Positions 10,898 through 24,098 of a DNA stretch of 64,000 nucleotides are shown piece after piece. The first letter of the stretch is position 1; each line of letters begins with the position of its first letter. The notes beneath the pieces are model-generated. The model worked only from the letters and a program-made list of their open reading frames with translations. It did no database searches and had not been told where the DNA came from. A program made the translations under genes and the position numbers. Source of the DNA: Phoronis australis (Eukaryota; Animalia; Phoronida); assembly GCA_002633005.1 (NCBI GenBank), contig NMRA01000102.1, positions 47,208 to 111,207 of the forward strand, written 5' to 3'.

Positions 10898-13298
10898 GTA
10901 GGCGATATCTAAATCATTTACGGAAATATTTGTTATGGAAATGGAATTTGTTGTTATCAATGTTATCGCCATTATTGTTGAATCTGAAAGTTCAAATTCG
11001 GAAGTTACAAGGCAATTGTAGCTAGGATCAGCCTTACAGCAACAGGTCTATGACACAGTGCAACGAAGTGCTGTAATGTAACAAGTGAGGCACAACACGG
11101 GCTGTGCAGCATTAGAGCAAGGACAGTGCTACGAATCTTCTCACCAGTTCTTATATATGAGTGAATCATGATATAGGAAAATGCACCAATCAGTTTGTCA
11201 GGGAGTCTATTATGATAATAAATATTATTGAATGAGTATTGATCACCAGATATTTTGATGCTGAGGCCTGAGGGTTCTCTTCTACAGTGAATAGAGGGTA
11301 TCAAACCATCGTAATATGTGGGGCTAGATACTCGAGATTATCACAATAGCAAATTATTCCTGCCAGGTTTTTTTCTGTTCGGAATCAATCCTAGTATCAG
11401 TGCGGTAATTTTGTTCATGGCTGCATGTAAGGAAAAGCATCCATATCTGATTACTCTTAGGAAATTTCATGAAACAGGGCTAAGAAAGATTGGTCTTAAG
11501 TCAGTGGCGGATCTAGGATATCACAAGGGGGGGGGCCCAACATTTTGTCCGGTTGGAAGCATTTGCGCAAACTGAACCACGAATGTAGATGCGCATAGCA
11601 CCGAATGGGGGGAGGTCGGGAGGGGGGTTTGCCCAGGAAATTTTNNNNNNNNNNNNNNNNNNNNNNNNNNNNNNNNNNNNNNNNNNNNNNNNNNNNNNNN
11701 NNNNNNNNNNNNNNNNNNNNNNNNNNNNNNNNNNNNNNNNNNNNNNNNNNNNNNNNNNNNNNNNNNNNNNNNNNNNNNNNNNNNNNNNNNNNNNNNNNNN
11801 NNNNNNNNNNNNNNNNNNNNNNNNNNNNNNNNNNNNNNNNNNNNNNNNNNNNNNNNNNNNNNNNNNNNNNNNNNNNNNNNNNNNNNNNNNNNNNNNNNNN
11901 NNNNNNNNNNNNNNNNNNNNNNNNNNNNNNNNNNNNNNNNNNNNNNNNNNNNNNNNNNNNNNNNNNNNNNNNNNNNNNNNNNNNNNNNNNNNNNNNNNNN
12001 NNNNNNNNNNNNNNNNNNNNNNNNNNNNNNNNNNNNNNNNNNNNNNNNNNNNNNNNNNNNNNNNNNNNNNNNNNNNNNNNNNNNNNNNNNNNNNNNNNNN
12101 NNNNNNNNNNNNNNNNNNNNNNNNNNNNNNNNNNNNNNNNNNNNNNNNNNNNNNNNNNNNNNNNNNNNNNNNNNNNNNNNNNNNNNNNNNNNNNNNNNNN
12201 NNNNNNNNNNNNNNNNNNNNNNNNNNNNNNNNNNNNNNNNNNNNNNNNNNNNNNNNNNNNNNNNNNNNNNNNNNNNNNNNNNNNNNNNNNNNNNNNNNNN
12301 NNNNNNNNNNNNNNNNNNNNNNNNNNNNNNNNNNNNNNNNNNNNNNNNNNNNNNNNNNNNNNNNNNNNNNNNNNNNNNNNNNNNNNNNNNNNNNNNNNNN
12401 NNNNNNNNNNNNNNNNNNNNNNNNNNNNNNNNNNATTTTGGGAACTGAAATAGGGACTGATCGAAGAAAAAGTTTCATAACGGGAGTATTTGTTCGAGTT
12501 GGAAGGACTTAAACACATCGACAACCTCCTAAGGTGTTCCTCTATGCGCAAAAGGTATTTATAACAACGTGACTTTGATGGTTTAGTCGGTGCGAGGCAT
12601 AATTCGCCGAAAAGCTTCCGGCGTACAGAGCGCCTATAGCCTCTCCATCGCCTCTGCTTCGGGCCAACAGAGGCGATGGTCATTGCCTAAATTTTGGTCT
12701 AAGACAAATTTGTCTTAAGTTAGCCCAATTTTGGTCTAAGTTAATAGTTTCATGAAAAGGTTCCCAGGTGCTGGGCACCTATTTAATGTAGTTGTAATGT
12801 TGACAATAGATTTTTTTACCTGTGATTTCTGTCATTTTATCTGAATTAGTTGACCAAGTATTTCTAAAGAAAATGCATAGTTATCTCACAATTGTATGTT
12901 AAAATATTAGAGATAAAAATTTCAGTGTATACTTGTACTTTTCATTTTGTTTTTACATTACGTAGATTGAAACAAAATTTTTTATTTATTTTATTTGTTT
13001 ATCAATTAGATTCATTCATTCGGTCTGTGTAATGACCCTCTTTTATTGTTTTGATTATACTTGGAAAATAAATCCGTCCGTAAGATACCTGTATTGGTTC
13101 CATTGGGTTTTTGAAACGCTGGTCTGAATGACCAACTGCTTAATTAATTCCGGTCCCCAAAAAAATTGCACGTCATTTCCTAAGCTGACTTTCTTGGATG
13201 AAAATTGAAGCAAAGACGTATGACCTATGTCAGATAATATACATTAACATGTAGCTCTGTTTTTTCCACTTGTTTTTTCGATCGTTTAACTCAAAATT

Positions 13299-13520
13299 TC
13301 AAGTTTGTGGTTGTTGTGTGTATAAGTAAAAACAACTTAGAGACCTGATATTAAAGAGTTTGAACGTTTTGAACTGTGTTCGACATTTCTTTGTCAACGA
13401 ATGGTAGGGGGCGTCCTGGTTTCCGTTCATTCTGTTCTCCGGAAGTAGTATGGCGTCATAGATGGGCGGAAGTTGCAAACCTTGATCACGGTCCATGGTG
13501 AGTTTGTTGGTTTTGATGTA
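13299..13520 (-). mobile_element. Penelope-like element 3' remnant (end of GIY-YIG region)
   Basis: Minus strand reads YIKTNKLTMDRDQGLQLPPIYDAILL, like the conserved C-terminus of Penelope ORFs. Cut by the TIR element at TA 13519-13520. Confidence 0.65.
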
Positions 13521-14390
13521 CCGTATTCACCGTAATAACCGACCAGGGCGCTTAGAAAAGTTCAGTTCAGGGGGGGCGCTTTTTTAACCCAAGGCGGTTG
13601 AAACCCGGTCTCCGAAACGGGTGAAATCGGAAGCTAAGATTCATCAAATTTATGCTCTGTGACATATCTGTAATCTATGGAAGACTTTCAACAAAACTGT
13701 GGTGCATTGCAATCAAACTTTGCTGCTAAATTACGATCATTTTACAGAAAATTGTGCTGAAATCACCGTCTTTGATATGGCAACCTCAATGCTTGAATAA
13801 AAATACTTTCGATTCAAGCAAATTATCTGAAATCTTCATTAAGTTTTCTAAGTAGCATCCATAAGATTTTTTTTAAGTTTCCGTGGAGTCTGGATTAACG
13901 GCAGGTTTAAGTACATATCTGTGCAACATCGTGCCATCTTCATGTATGATCGGCAGCACGACGAGAAAAATGTCTGGACGAACACACATGCTGTTGTCAC
14001 ATGACTTTTGTTTTGAAGTTCGTCTGCGTTTGTGAGTAAGCGAACGCGTGCGTGTCACCAGAGTTTGCCAAAGCAAAGACCGTCTTTTGGCCAGAGCCAC
14101 GCAATCTAACGAGCTAGATCTGATGTGCATTAATTGTGTCTAAAGAAATTTGCACAAGCAGCGGGCCTAACCCAGAGCGTGTTTCATTCAGCACTTGCCA
14201 GTCTCGTGCTAAAAACGTTCGACATTTGTCTCGGTAAGGTTCATATTAGTCGCCGTGTAGCTGGATGCGTACGTAGCTACCTGACAACTATTTTTCGGTG
14301 TAAGGGTGTGTAAGCATTCACTGTCAGTTGTCATTTTATTGGAACTTCGGCTTAAAAACACCAATTATGGTTAATCAAACAATCCATCTC
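13521..14390 (+). mobile_element. Truncated second copy of the CCGTATT-TIR element
   Basis: TA|CCGTATTCACCGTAATAACCG..., colinear with 6787-7681. Right half absent. Confidence 0.88.
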
Positions 14391-15733
14391 AGGGTGTTAA
14401 TGAGTTTCATACAGGTGTTGATGTCATAAGGCTTGTCCACTCGACATATGAAAACCAATATTTTGGTTTATGTTGAATAGTTTGATTTCTGATATAGCAT
14501 ATAAGCATTTCAAGCATACTTAACTGATCTAGCCCAATGCAATACATGCAAGTGTTCTTTTTCATGTAATTTCTCACAACTGGGTTGAATAGTTATACAT
14601 TTTTTCACTCAAAGATAATTGCTGAAATTAACATTTTTTAAAATTTCCCTATTTCATTACAAATGATGAAAAAATTTGCTGTGTTTTAGGGATGAAATTA
14701 TGGAATGGCGAATAAAAAATTATAATTTTTTTCTGCACTTACTAAAGAATTTAAAGCAATGTTTTGTCAGTCGTCGATTTTTTAAGCTTCTGCGACACCA
14801 AAAACTGTGGTGTGTGTCTCTATCATATGTGCGTCCATGTATCGTTCAATGTTTTCCGTCGTTTGCCTTAAGATTGACACGCATCACCATGTGTTACATG
14901 AACAAGTCAACTATGGCTGTATTGTATTCAATTCTCAAGTAAGCCCAATGGTCTATTTTATAAAATGTGTCTTAAAACTTAAGACCGATATTTGGTCTTG
15001 CACTCCATGTAACTAGTTCTGAAAAATAATTAAATCTCACATGAGCAAAACTGTGGTCTCTGAGACTATAACCACAAGTGCTTGTTACTGAGATAATTTC
15101 TATTAATTATTGCTGCACTAGGATGTGCTGTCTTTTTTACTTGGCTAAACTTCTATTTTGCAGTTGTTCCAAATTTCTGTTCTAGGTCACTTTCATGAAA
15201 AAGACCCTTGTAAAGAATTACATTTTTCAAAGTATTGTTGAATGACTACTCACAATACCAAAAGCTATGATAAAAAGTCAATATTTTTGTTGAGGAATTT
15301 TACAAAAATCCCATTTCCCATCATGCCACGAATGTTGGTGTAGAGTTGCTTGCAGTTACACTAACTTTTGATACCATGCATAGTTTCTCTGTCTTACCTT
15401 CTCTCTTTGTCAGCTATAATCATAATGACAACTTAAGACTTTGTCAAGATAGATATTCAATATGCTTTGTCAGCTTCTTGGAGATAAATCCAATTTCTCT
15501 GCAAGTCAGTCAATTCCTTCAGATTAACAAAGCCGATTAATGCTTGGTAGAGAATTACTGGATTATAGCTGTCTTGCTACTAATTATTTATTAGATAATT
15601 TTGTTCTTGGTAACTATAAGTCTGTTGCTATAGACTTCATCAGTTGTCCAACAATCTCAGCACTATAAAGGACAAATTTATTATTGCTGATCACTTTGCT
15701 ATTTGAAGAATAATACTAGACCAGCGAGCAGAA

Positions 15734-15920
15734 ATGAAATCGAGTTTCGGCAGTCATTCCGGTAGGAGTCGTAACGGCCGCGACCATTTGTCTCCATTAA
15801 AGGAAACCTCATCTAATGCCAGCAGTGCAAGATCGTCGAGCAGCCGAACTCAGTCTACTTTAGGACAAGAGCTTACTGTGAAATCGGTGCAAGGATCGTT
15901 AAGGGCATTCTCCAGACTGA
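15734..15920 (+). CDS. MYCBPAP: MYCBPAP candidate alternative exon 1b (MKSSFGSHSG...SLRAFSRL)
   Basis: GC-richer, Ser/Arg-rich 62-codon open stretch ending at donor CTGA|GTAATT in phase 1. X-box-like GTTCTTGGTAAC at ~15603. Confidence 0.5.
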
Positions 15921-16079
15921 GTAATTACGTTTTTCATGATTTATTTGATGTTTGGATTATTTTCATGTTGATTGGATATTTGGATTTAATTCAATGACCT
16001 TGCCTGTTGCTTGAAGTCACTTGTGATACTCCTCAGTGTTGGTAGCATATGCGATTGGGAAGTTAGTCTATCATTTTGT

Positions 16080-16338
16080 ATGCATATAGCTCTCATCTAT
16101 GTCTGGGCAACATGTACATGTGTGGGTGCATATAGCTCTCATCTATGTCTGGGCAACATGTACATGTGTGGGTGCAATTATTGCCCTCATTTCTTTCTTG
16201 GCAACATGTACATACATGGGTGCATATTGCCCTCATCTGTCTGGGCGACATCTTCATAATTATGTGGGTGCATATTACCCTCATCTCTGTCTAGGTGACA
16301 TATACATATGTCGGTACATATTGCCCTCATCTCTGTCT
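16080..16338. repeat. ~46-bp minisatellite, resuming at 19044-19097 after a LINE insertion
   Basis: Unit approximately GCATATAGCTCTCATCTATGTCTGGGCAACATGTACATGTGTGGGT. Confidence 0.85.
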
Positions 16339-19043
16339 ATTTATTTATTTATTTATTTATTTATTGTGATATTTAAAATGAGGGCGACCTCTTCAGTGAT
16401 AGCAGTGCTTTCCAAGAGGGCCCTCAATAACAAAAGTAGTAATGTAATACAATGAAGTAATAAAACAACAATTAAATATACGTGAAAAAGATACAATTAA
16501 AACAGGTTGACAATTAAGACAATAAATAAATGACAAACAATGGTGAAAATTTAACAAAGAGAGATGAAATGACTCTAAACAGTGAGAGTATTTATGTCAG
16601 TGAGAAAAAAAATGACATGATTAAGACAGGTAGTGTATAAAAAGGTTAGGTAAATTACAGCCACTTTTTAATATTAAGTTTAAAAGTATTTATTGTATTT
16701 GACTGTTTAATTTATGGGGTAATAGAATTCCATATTGTAGCAGCAGCATAGATAAAAGATCTCTTGCCGGTCTCGGTTTTAATTTTTTTAAGAGAAACTA
16801 TTCCAGCCATAGAAGAACGTGTAGAATATACAGCTTGACTGCTATTGAATTTTCGGCTGAGATATGCTGGAGCCAAGCCATTGATACATCTGTACATACA
16901 ACAGGCACAGAGATATTTTTTTCTTTGTTTTAATTTCATAAATCCCAGCTTGGAATACAATTCATCGACCCTGGTGTCCCTAATTTTAGTACCCAGGATA
17001 GCCCTAGCGGCTCTATTTTGGATTACTCGGACTTTGCTAACAAGTGTGTCCAGGGCCCGGTCTCCAATCTCCGTACTCATACTCATACTTGAGATTTCAT
17101 ACTCAAAATCGTGCTCACTGGAGTCTGTACTCAAAAAAGCGTATCTAATGTCGTATTTCTAGTAGAATCCAAACGTACTCAAATCTGACACTCATACTCG
17201 AGTTGCTATGGAACTCTTTATGATGTGAAATGCAAAATCACGCAAAGCCACGCTGATTCATCGCTCCCTATTGGAATAGACCACCCTAAGAACTAGGCCT
17301 ACATTATCGTCTGCTGTCGCTACAACTACAAGAGTATGTCTGTAACGTGGAATTCTGAGTGTTCTGTAATTGTTATTCATTTTTTAGTTTCAATAAATAT
17401 TCTTGTGCCATTTCTTTGATACATTTGGCAATTATTAAGCTTTACTTCTTGAGTTCCTCACACATTCCCGAAAATGTATTAAGAAATATGTAACAGCTTA
17501 TCACATCATATCTCTGTTGCTGATTTAGTCTTGACATAAAACCCATTGCTGTGTAGGCCTACGCTGATGTCAAACTTTGATACTGTATCTTTGTATTGTA
17601 CCGGGATGTATCAAGTGAGTTGACATTTGGCACGTGAGTTAAAAAACATTACTTGTGCAGGCTTTCAGAGTTCACCAGTGGCAGTGAACGGGACGAGACG
17701 TCTACTTAGAAATCGGCAAACAAAATCTGGAATTCCATTTGGGGATTGAGGAATTATAGATGATGAGAAATGTACCTGACAGGGAAGCGAACTTTTCTTT
17801 AACTTCCCTCCCCTCCTCGTCTTTTGGAAACCCTACAAACCGTAGGCACACATACCGAAATAAGGGCAGCACAAACTTCTCACACGACTTTTCCCACAAC
17901 TGCTTTCGACGCTTGTTATGACTCGCCGACAAGGGATTACAATGCGCCTGTTGCCAGGAATTGTAGAGGTAGAATGGCGGCCATAACATACAGTGATACG
18001 GCGGTTTAATAAGGTGAAGAATAAGAAGATTTAAGATGAAAACTATTATCTCTGAACTGAAATTGAAGTGCTGAGATACGGTAAGAGGGCTTATTTTTTT
18101 AGATTTGCTGTTTTTCTTGGTTCCCTTTCGATATTTTGTTCTCTGTCTCGTATTTATTTTCGAGTACGATTTCAAGCACACTGCCATACCAAACTTGAAA
18201 TTTGAGCATAGACTCCGAATTTTTAATCAAAATCATACTCGAAATATAGATGAGATACACTTCAGTTCGAGTACACTTGAAAACTGAGTACGTGCTCGAA
18301 ATTTCGAGTACACATTTTTCAAGTATGACATTGAATACACCAAAGCTGAGTCTGTACTCGAGTTGAGTGTGAGTTTGAGCATGATTCGAGTCTGAGTACA
18401 GAGATTGGAGACCGGGCCCTGGTATGTCCGAAACCGGTAAACAATAATCAATATGAGGCTGAATAATAGAATGGTAAAGGGTCTTAAGAGCACTGACATT
18501 AAGAAATTTGCCTAGATGTTTAAGTATGCCGATTTTCTTTGATAATTTCGTTGTAATGTGATCTATGTGCATATTGAATTTACGATTGGGATCTAAAATA
18601 AGGCCCAAGTACTTAAACTTTTCAACATTCTCGATGGGAGAACCGTTAATAGAAAGGGGCAGTTTTTGTTGTTTTAATTTCTGGTGGGTTCCCACCAGCA
18701 TCGACTTGGAACGTTAAGAGTGAGTTTATTTTGATTCAGCCAGTTATGGATAAGGGCTAGCTCATCGTTGAGAGAAGTTTCAAGTTCTTTTACTGATCCA
18801 GCTGTGGACATAATTGCAGTGTCATCATCATATAAAACTAGGACACTGTTGTGGAGGACAGTAGGGAGGTCGTTAACAAAACCAGTGAATAATAGAGGCC
18901 CCAGAATGGAACCCTGAGGTACGCCCATGATTACGGTTGAGTAGTGAGAAAGAATGCCACCGTATTTGGTGGCCTGTTTAGGGTCATATAAGTAGTTTCT
19001 AAACCAAAGGAGTTGTTTATCATTGACTCCATAAGACTGTAGT
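16339..19043 (-). mobile_element. 5'-truncated CR1/L2-group LINE (RT and C-terminus), interrupted by a DNA element
   Basis: GVPQGSILGPLLF, YDDDT (decayed YADD), FKYLGLILD, QPHIDYC, IQNRAARAIL and SFIYAAATIWNS motifs. (TAAA)n 3' tail at 16339-16364. Confidence 0.92.
17051..18421. mobile_element. Non-autonomous TIR DNA element nested in the LINE
   Basis: TIR CAGGGCCCGGTCTCCAATCTCCGTACTCA / TGAGTACAGAGATTGGAGACCGGGCCCTG, many subterminal TACTC/GAGTA motifs, flanks GTGTGTC / GTATGTC. Confidence 0.88.
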
Positions 19044-20099
19044 CTCTGTCTAGGTGACATATACATATGTTGGTGCATATTGTCCTTATCTCTGTCTGTG
19101 CGTCCAGCACTCAGCATCTGCATCTGTATCCATGAAACCACTTCAACTATTTTTATGCCTAATCTGCATTTATTTTTGTATGTGGTAAGTCCATTGACAG
19201 ATCTTTTCAAAAGTTGGTAAATATGTTTGTCTGAAAGATGTGATGTCACTTGATAAAGTTCAAACTAGGGTGTCGTATTATGTGCCCCTAGTTGCAGTTT
19301 TAATGTATTTACTTGATTCTGCATTTTTTTTTGAAGGATCATTATGAAAATTGGTGAAAGTGCTTCTAAATATCTAAAATGTTCTGCAAAGGATCATAGT
19401 GAAATTTGACTGAATAGAGCATTATAGTCAATGTGATTTGGGTTGGCAGTTTTATTTTCTTGTGCTTTCCTCACTAGTATCTTCCGAGTGCATCGAAGGA
19501 TTCTACAGTTGCGTTTCTAAGGAGAGCATATCTAAGGTTTATTTTCAGACAAATCCACTTTGTGCTAGGTACCGTAGTGGCATTTTTAGTTTTGATGCTC
19601 TTGCCTCAATATCTACCTTGTTCTGATATCATCTTTGAATTTTGTATTTTTCTTGTTAATAAGAGTGCTGCAGCTAACATTGGCTTTCCAACAGATCCTA
19701 CTACCACTGACTAGATGTATCTTTTTCCCACAGAAATTCAATTGTACTGTAATCATAGAACTAATAAGTTGGGGAATGAAATTGGGGGCCAGAAGAAAAC
19801 TTGTGATTGAATGTGGGTGAACTGGTGTCAATAGGAAGTGAGGTTTGTAGGCTAGGGTGAAACAGGAGTTGACTGAGAGGGGAGGGGGTAAAATAGCCAG
19901 CCAGCTAGCTGTATGAGGACTATACAGCTAGATACCACTGCATGTTAATCTTCCATAGAGCCCCAAATTGCGCACAGCCAGGGTAGTTCTGGTCGTCACC
20001 TTGCCATGAAACTTGTATCAACATGTAGCTAAAGACCGGACGGGGTGGCGTCTGCTAACAACCAACCATGTCTCTAAGTAAGTGACTTTTTACATCTAC

Positions 20100-23000
20100 A
20101 GTTAGCTTGTAGTTGTTATGGAACACCTGTGAAGACAAGTAAGATGACTAGCTTTGTAGTCAACGACAGTGCAAGCAGTTGATGAGGTTGGTCGCTGGGC
20201 AAGAGCTGTGATTTCATTTTTTATGACTGAAGAAAAGCTAGAATAGTTATGTAGTTACTGCAACCAAAATTGTCCAGAGGTTCCAAATCTTCAGTTTGGC
20301 TATCACCATATTTGCACATTTGTATATATTTAACGATTTGAGTTCTAATAAAGATTGAATTTGAACTAATGGCACGTGTAGTTTCGTTTGCTGCGACATG
20401 TTTGGTGTAGTTGTACTCTGGAAAATTCAGGGATGGGTACACAGTTAACTGAATTTTAAGTTGTTTTGATTCTTCAGTTAAACACAAAATAAAAAGATAG
20501 CAACCCTAACCGATAAGCAAAAAAACAAGTAGACAGGAGTATTAAAATAAAGAAATGAAAACAGGTAAGAAACATAATTATTTAAAACCAACGTTCCTTT
20601 TGTGATGTGGCCCTTTGTCAAGATCAATGCAAATTTACTTTTTAGTTTTTTTGTAATATTTCAAATGTACCAGGATAAAACTGCTCTCCACATTGCAGAC
20701 TTTAACTCTGCAAATACCAGAGAAAAACCATTTGAGTGTAATAACGTCCACCATTGTTAAGAAAGTAGTGCTAGCTATTACCTTTCCACTTCATTAGCTC
20801 AGATCTACATCAATACCAAGGGCATTCAGAATAGGGATCCTAAAAGTTGTCTGGTGCTTAGGGACTCAGAGTGGTGACCAGTGTAAGTGAAAAATTCTCC
20901 ACATATGGATGACCGGAATACACAAGAATACAATATGCTATTGCTCAAGCACATTGAAAGATAATCCATTTCTGCCCTGCCCCAGCTGTGTTTAGACCTG
21001 TAGTTTAGACTGGAGTAACTGATTGATTGTAATTCGCTGTACGCCTATCAAACCAGTGTCAAAAACTGGTCACCGCTGCTGCGGTGTCGCTTGCTCCGTG
21101 TAAGTCGTGTTTACACACATACTTGCACAGGAGTAGCTGTTCCATGTTAGCCGTGCCAGGTCAGCTATCTCTCGTGCCAGGTCAGCTGTCTCTCGTGGAA
21201 ATGCAACTTAATTGTAAGTTGTCCCCAAAGATAAAATATCATTTACTCCTGAACAACCAGAAGTGTACTTTCTCTTTCCCTGTTACCATTGTTTTAACAA
21301 GGGCGGGTGTGCTCCAACTCAATTTTCAATTTCTTGAATGCATATGGTGTTCTTTTCTATTCCAGTTTTATTTGTTCAATGAAATGTTATGTGTCTTGTA
21401 CTATTCATTCCTAAATCTTTATGTTTGTAATATTCTTGATCCAGGGTCAAAACAGTATTGGTGTTTCATTCTTACACTCAGTTCACACAACAACTTGCAG
21501 GCTTTCATCAAACACTTACCATCTTAGGCAGCATATAGCCACATTCTCAATGACTTGACTCTTGTTTATTTTCTCCTCTTGATTGGCTCTGGTGACAATT
21601 TTAAACAGGTATTGGTAAGGTTATTAAAACATATAGGGTTGGACTTATAGCTGAGGTTGAGGCAAAGTTAGTTCTGACTCTACCTTTTCACTCTGTCGTA
21701 ATTTGAAAGTCAGAATGCAAAGTCCAAAAATTATGTGTATTCCTACTCCAAGGAATTCAAAGTTAGCTGTTGGCAAAGAGAAATGGATGACGATCAAACG
21801 AAAATCCTTCCGTGTTTTGACGCCAAAAGGTAAATAATACAGTTATTTAAACCTAACCAAAAATGCTACTGATGATTTTGTATTCTTGTGTTTCATGTTA
21901 AGCATAATTGTATTTGTTAACAAGACTATGAAAGGTCTGCAAATTGAAGCTACATGCATTTACTACTACTCAATTTTGTTGTTCTAGGTTGATTTTCTTA
22001 GACAAGTGGCAAGCTGTTTATTAGATAGGTGGATTGGTCTTCACTGGTGGTTTTCAGTCTTCAGGCAAATAGAATTAGTGAGAAATGAGTTATTAGTATG
22101 CAATTATTGACTTTTACTGAGGTAAATATGTGATCAAGACCGAGGGGGTGATAGAGATCGGGGAGTGAAGCATTTTGTAAATATGATTTCATCTCCTTAA
22201 ACAATTTATAGTAGATAGCTACGTATATTTGTGCTTTTGATCATATGTTGATCACTGATGTTTGGTCAGTCAGTTTTATTTCTCAAAACGTGGACAGAAG
22301 ATGCTGGGAATGGACAAAGAAAGGAATTTTGGGACTCAAAACATTTTATATGCCATCTGAATAGTGTTATTTTGGGACTCAATATCATTTTATATGCTAT
22401 CTGACTGATATTGTTTGGGTTGTAAAAAAGTATTTTTGCTACAAAAATGAGTGTGCCCTAGTAACAAAAAATAAAAGATGAAATATTTTAGGCGTGGGGT
22501 AAAGTCTCACCCAATATAAGATATGGTATGGTAGACAGTATGGTAGACAAGGGATTTTTTCTTTTTTCATAAATAACAAGTACCGCAGAGTAATATGAGA
22601 CCGAGGTAGGCGGTATAAGGTCATTTATTATGACTAATACAATTACAATACAATGAATACAGGTAAATAACATAAAAATGGTAATCTCTGGTAATATAGG
22701 CTATAAAAAAGGGCCGGCCACGTGGAAGTACGAGAGAATAGTGAAAACTTAGAGGTAGAGGGTGGGAAAAAGTGGAAGGCAATCTTTTTTCATGTCATTT
22801 TTAGCAAAAATTAGGTTAATTGATTATCCCAGACGTATTTTTCACTTCATTACAGCTTTTCGCAACTTAATCAATAATTCATCCTGTACTCCGGAAGTGA
22901 GGTTTTGGGAGGCAAGAATTTCGCACCAATTTTTTTTCATGTAGTCTGACTAAGAGAGCTGTCAAGTCAGTCATTGTTCTACCTCAGTTGTGATTAATTC

Positions 23001-24098
23001 GGTCGTCGTTTGCTTTTGTTTACGAGTCAGTCAACATGCCACACTGTTGCTGCTTACCGGGATGTACTTGTTATCGCCCACAGTCTGTAAGCAGCCCTGC
23101 TGCAATGTTGAGTAGTGGGAGTGAATACAGGCTCAGTTAGACACTGAGTCAGAACAGGACCGTCCATCGTCCAGTGAACAGATTGGTGAGCAAAACATTG
23201 ATGAGTTTGTTGTGGACTTCTCTAAAGTATTGGAGCTATTTAGAANTCTAAATCTTTTTTCATCCGTATAATTTTAATTACCGGGGTTAATTAATAAACT
23301 CAACATTTCCCTACACTCTTACTGTTTTATTTTTTGCGGCAGCCAAGGGGGGGCCCGGGCCCCCTGGGCCCCCCCCCTAAATCCGCCTATGCAGCTAATG
23401 AGGTGTTAAGGTAATAGCTAGCACTACTTTCTTAACAATGGTGGTCCTTATTACACCCAAATTGGTTTTCTCTGGCATTTGCACAGAGTTAAAGTCTGCA
23501 ATGTGGAGAGTAGTTTTAACTTGGTACATTTTAAATCTGACAAAAAGACTAAAAAGTAAATTTGCGTTGATCTTTACAAAGGACCACTTCCCAAAGGAAG
23601 GTTGGTTTTAAATATTTTCACACCTGTTTACATTACTTTATTTTAATACTCCTGTCTACTTGTTGTTTTTTTTCTTACGGGTTAGTGTTGTTATCTTTTT
23701 ATTTTGTATTTAAATAAAATATCAAAGCAACTTAGAAGTCAGTTACGTAATTGCGAACCCATTCCTGAATTTTCCAGATTACAGCTACACCAAACATGTC
23801 ACAGCAAACAAAACTTCACGTGCCATTAGTTCAAGTGCAATTTTTATTAGAACTAGAATTATAAAATGTATACAAAAGTGCAAATGGTGATTGCCAAGTT
23901 GAAGGTTTGAAACTTCTGGACAAGTTTTGGTTGCAGTAACTACATAACTATTCTAGCTTTTCCTCAGTCATAAAAATGAAATCACTACAGCTCTTGCCCA
24001 CTGACCAGCCTCATCCACTGCTTGCACTCTCTCGTTGACTACAAAGCTAGCCATCTTAGTTGTCTCCACAGGTGTTCCATTACAACTACAAGCTAACT
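20100..24098. mobile_element. 4-kb element bounded by ~700-bp inverted repeats (Polinton/Maverick-like ends, no coding capacity seen)
   Basis: 20100-~20799 is the diverged reverse complement of ~23393-24098. Termini AGTTAGCTTG...CAAGCTAACT; flanks ATCTAC / ATCGAA. Confidence 0.7.

Noticed and set aside
11496-12683. Long ORFs of 282-395 aa
   Set aside because: Mostly N; the flanks look like MITE ends (CAGTGGCGGATCTAG; TTTCATGAAAAGGTTCCCAG).
21783-21829. ATG-initiated segment with AG|GTAAAT donor as a fourth first exon
   Set aside because: Ends in phase 2, incompatible with exon 33554, and lies inside the inverted-repeat element.
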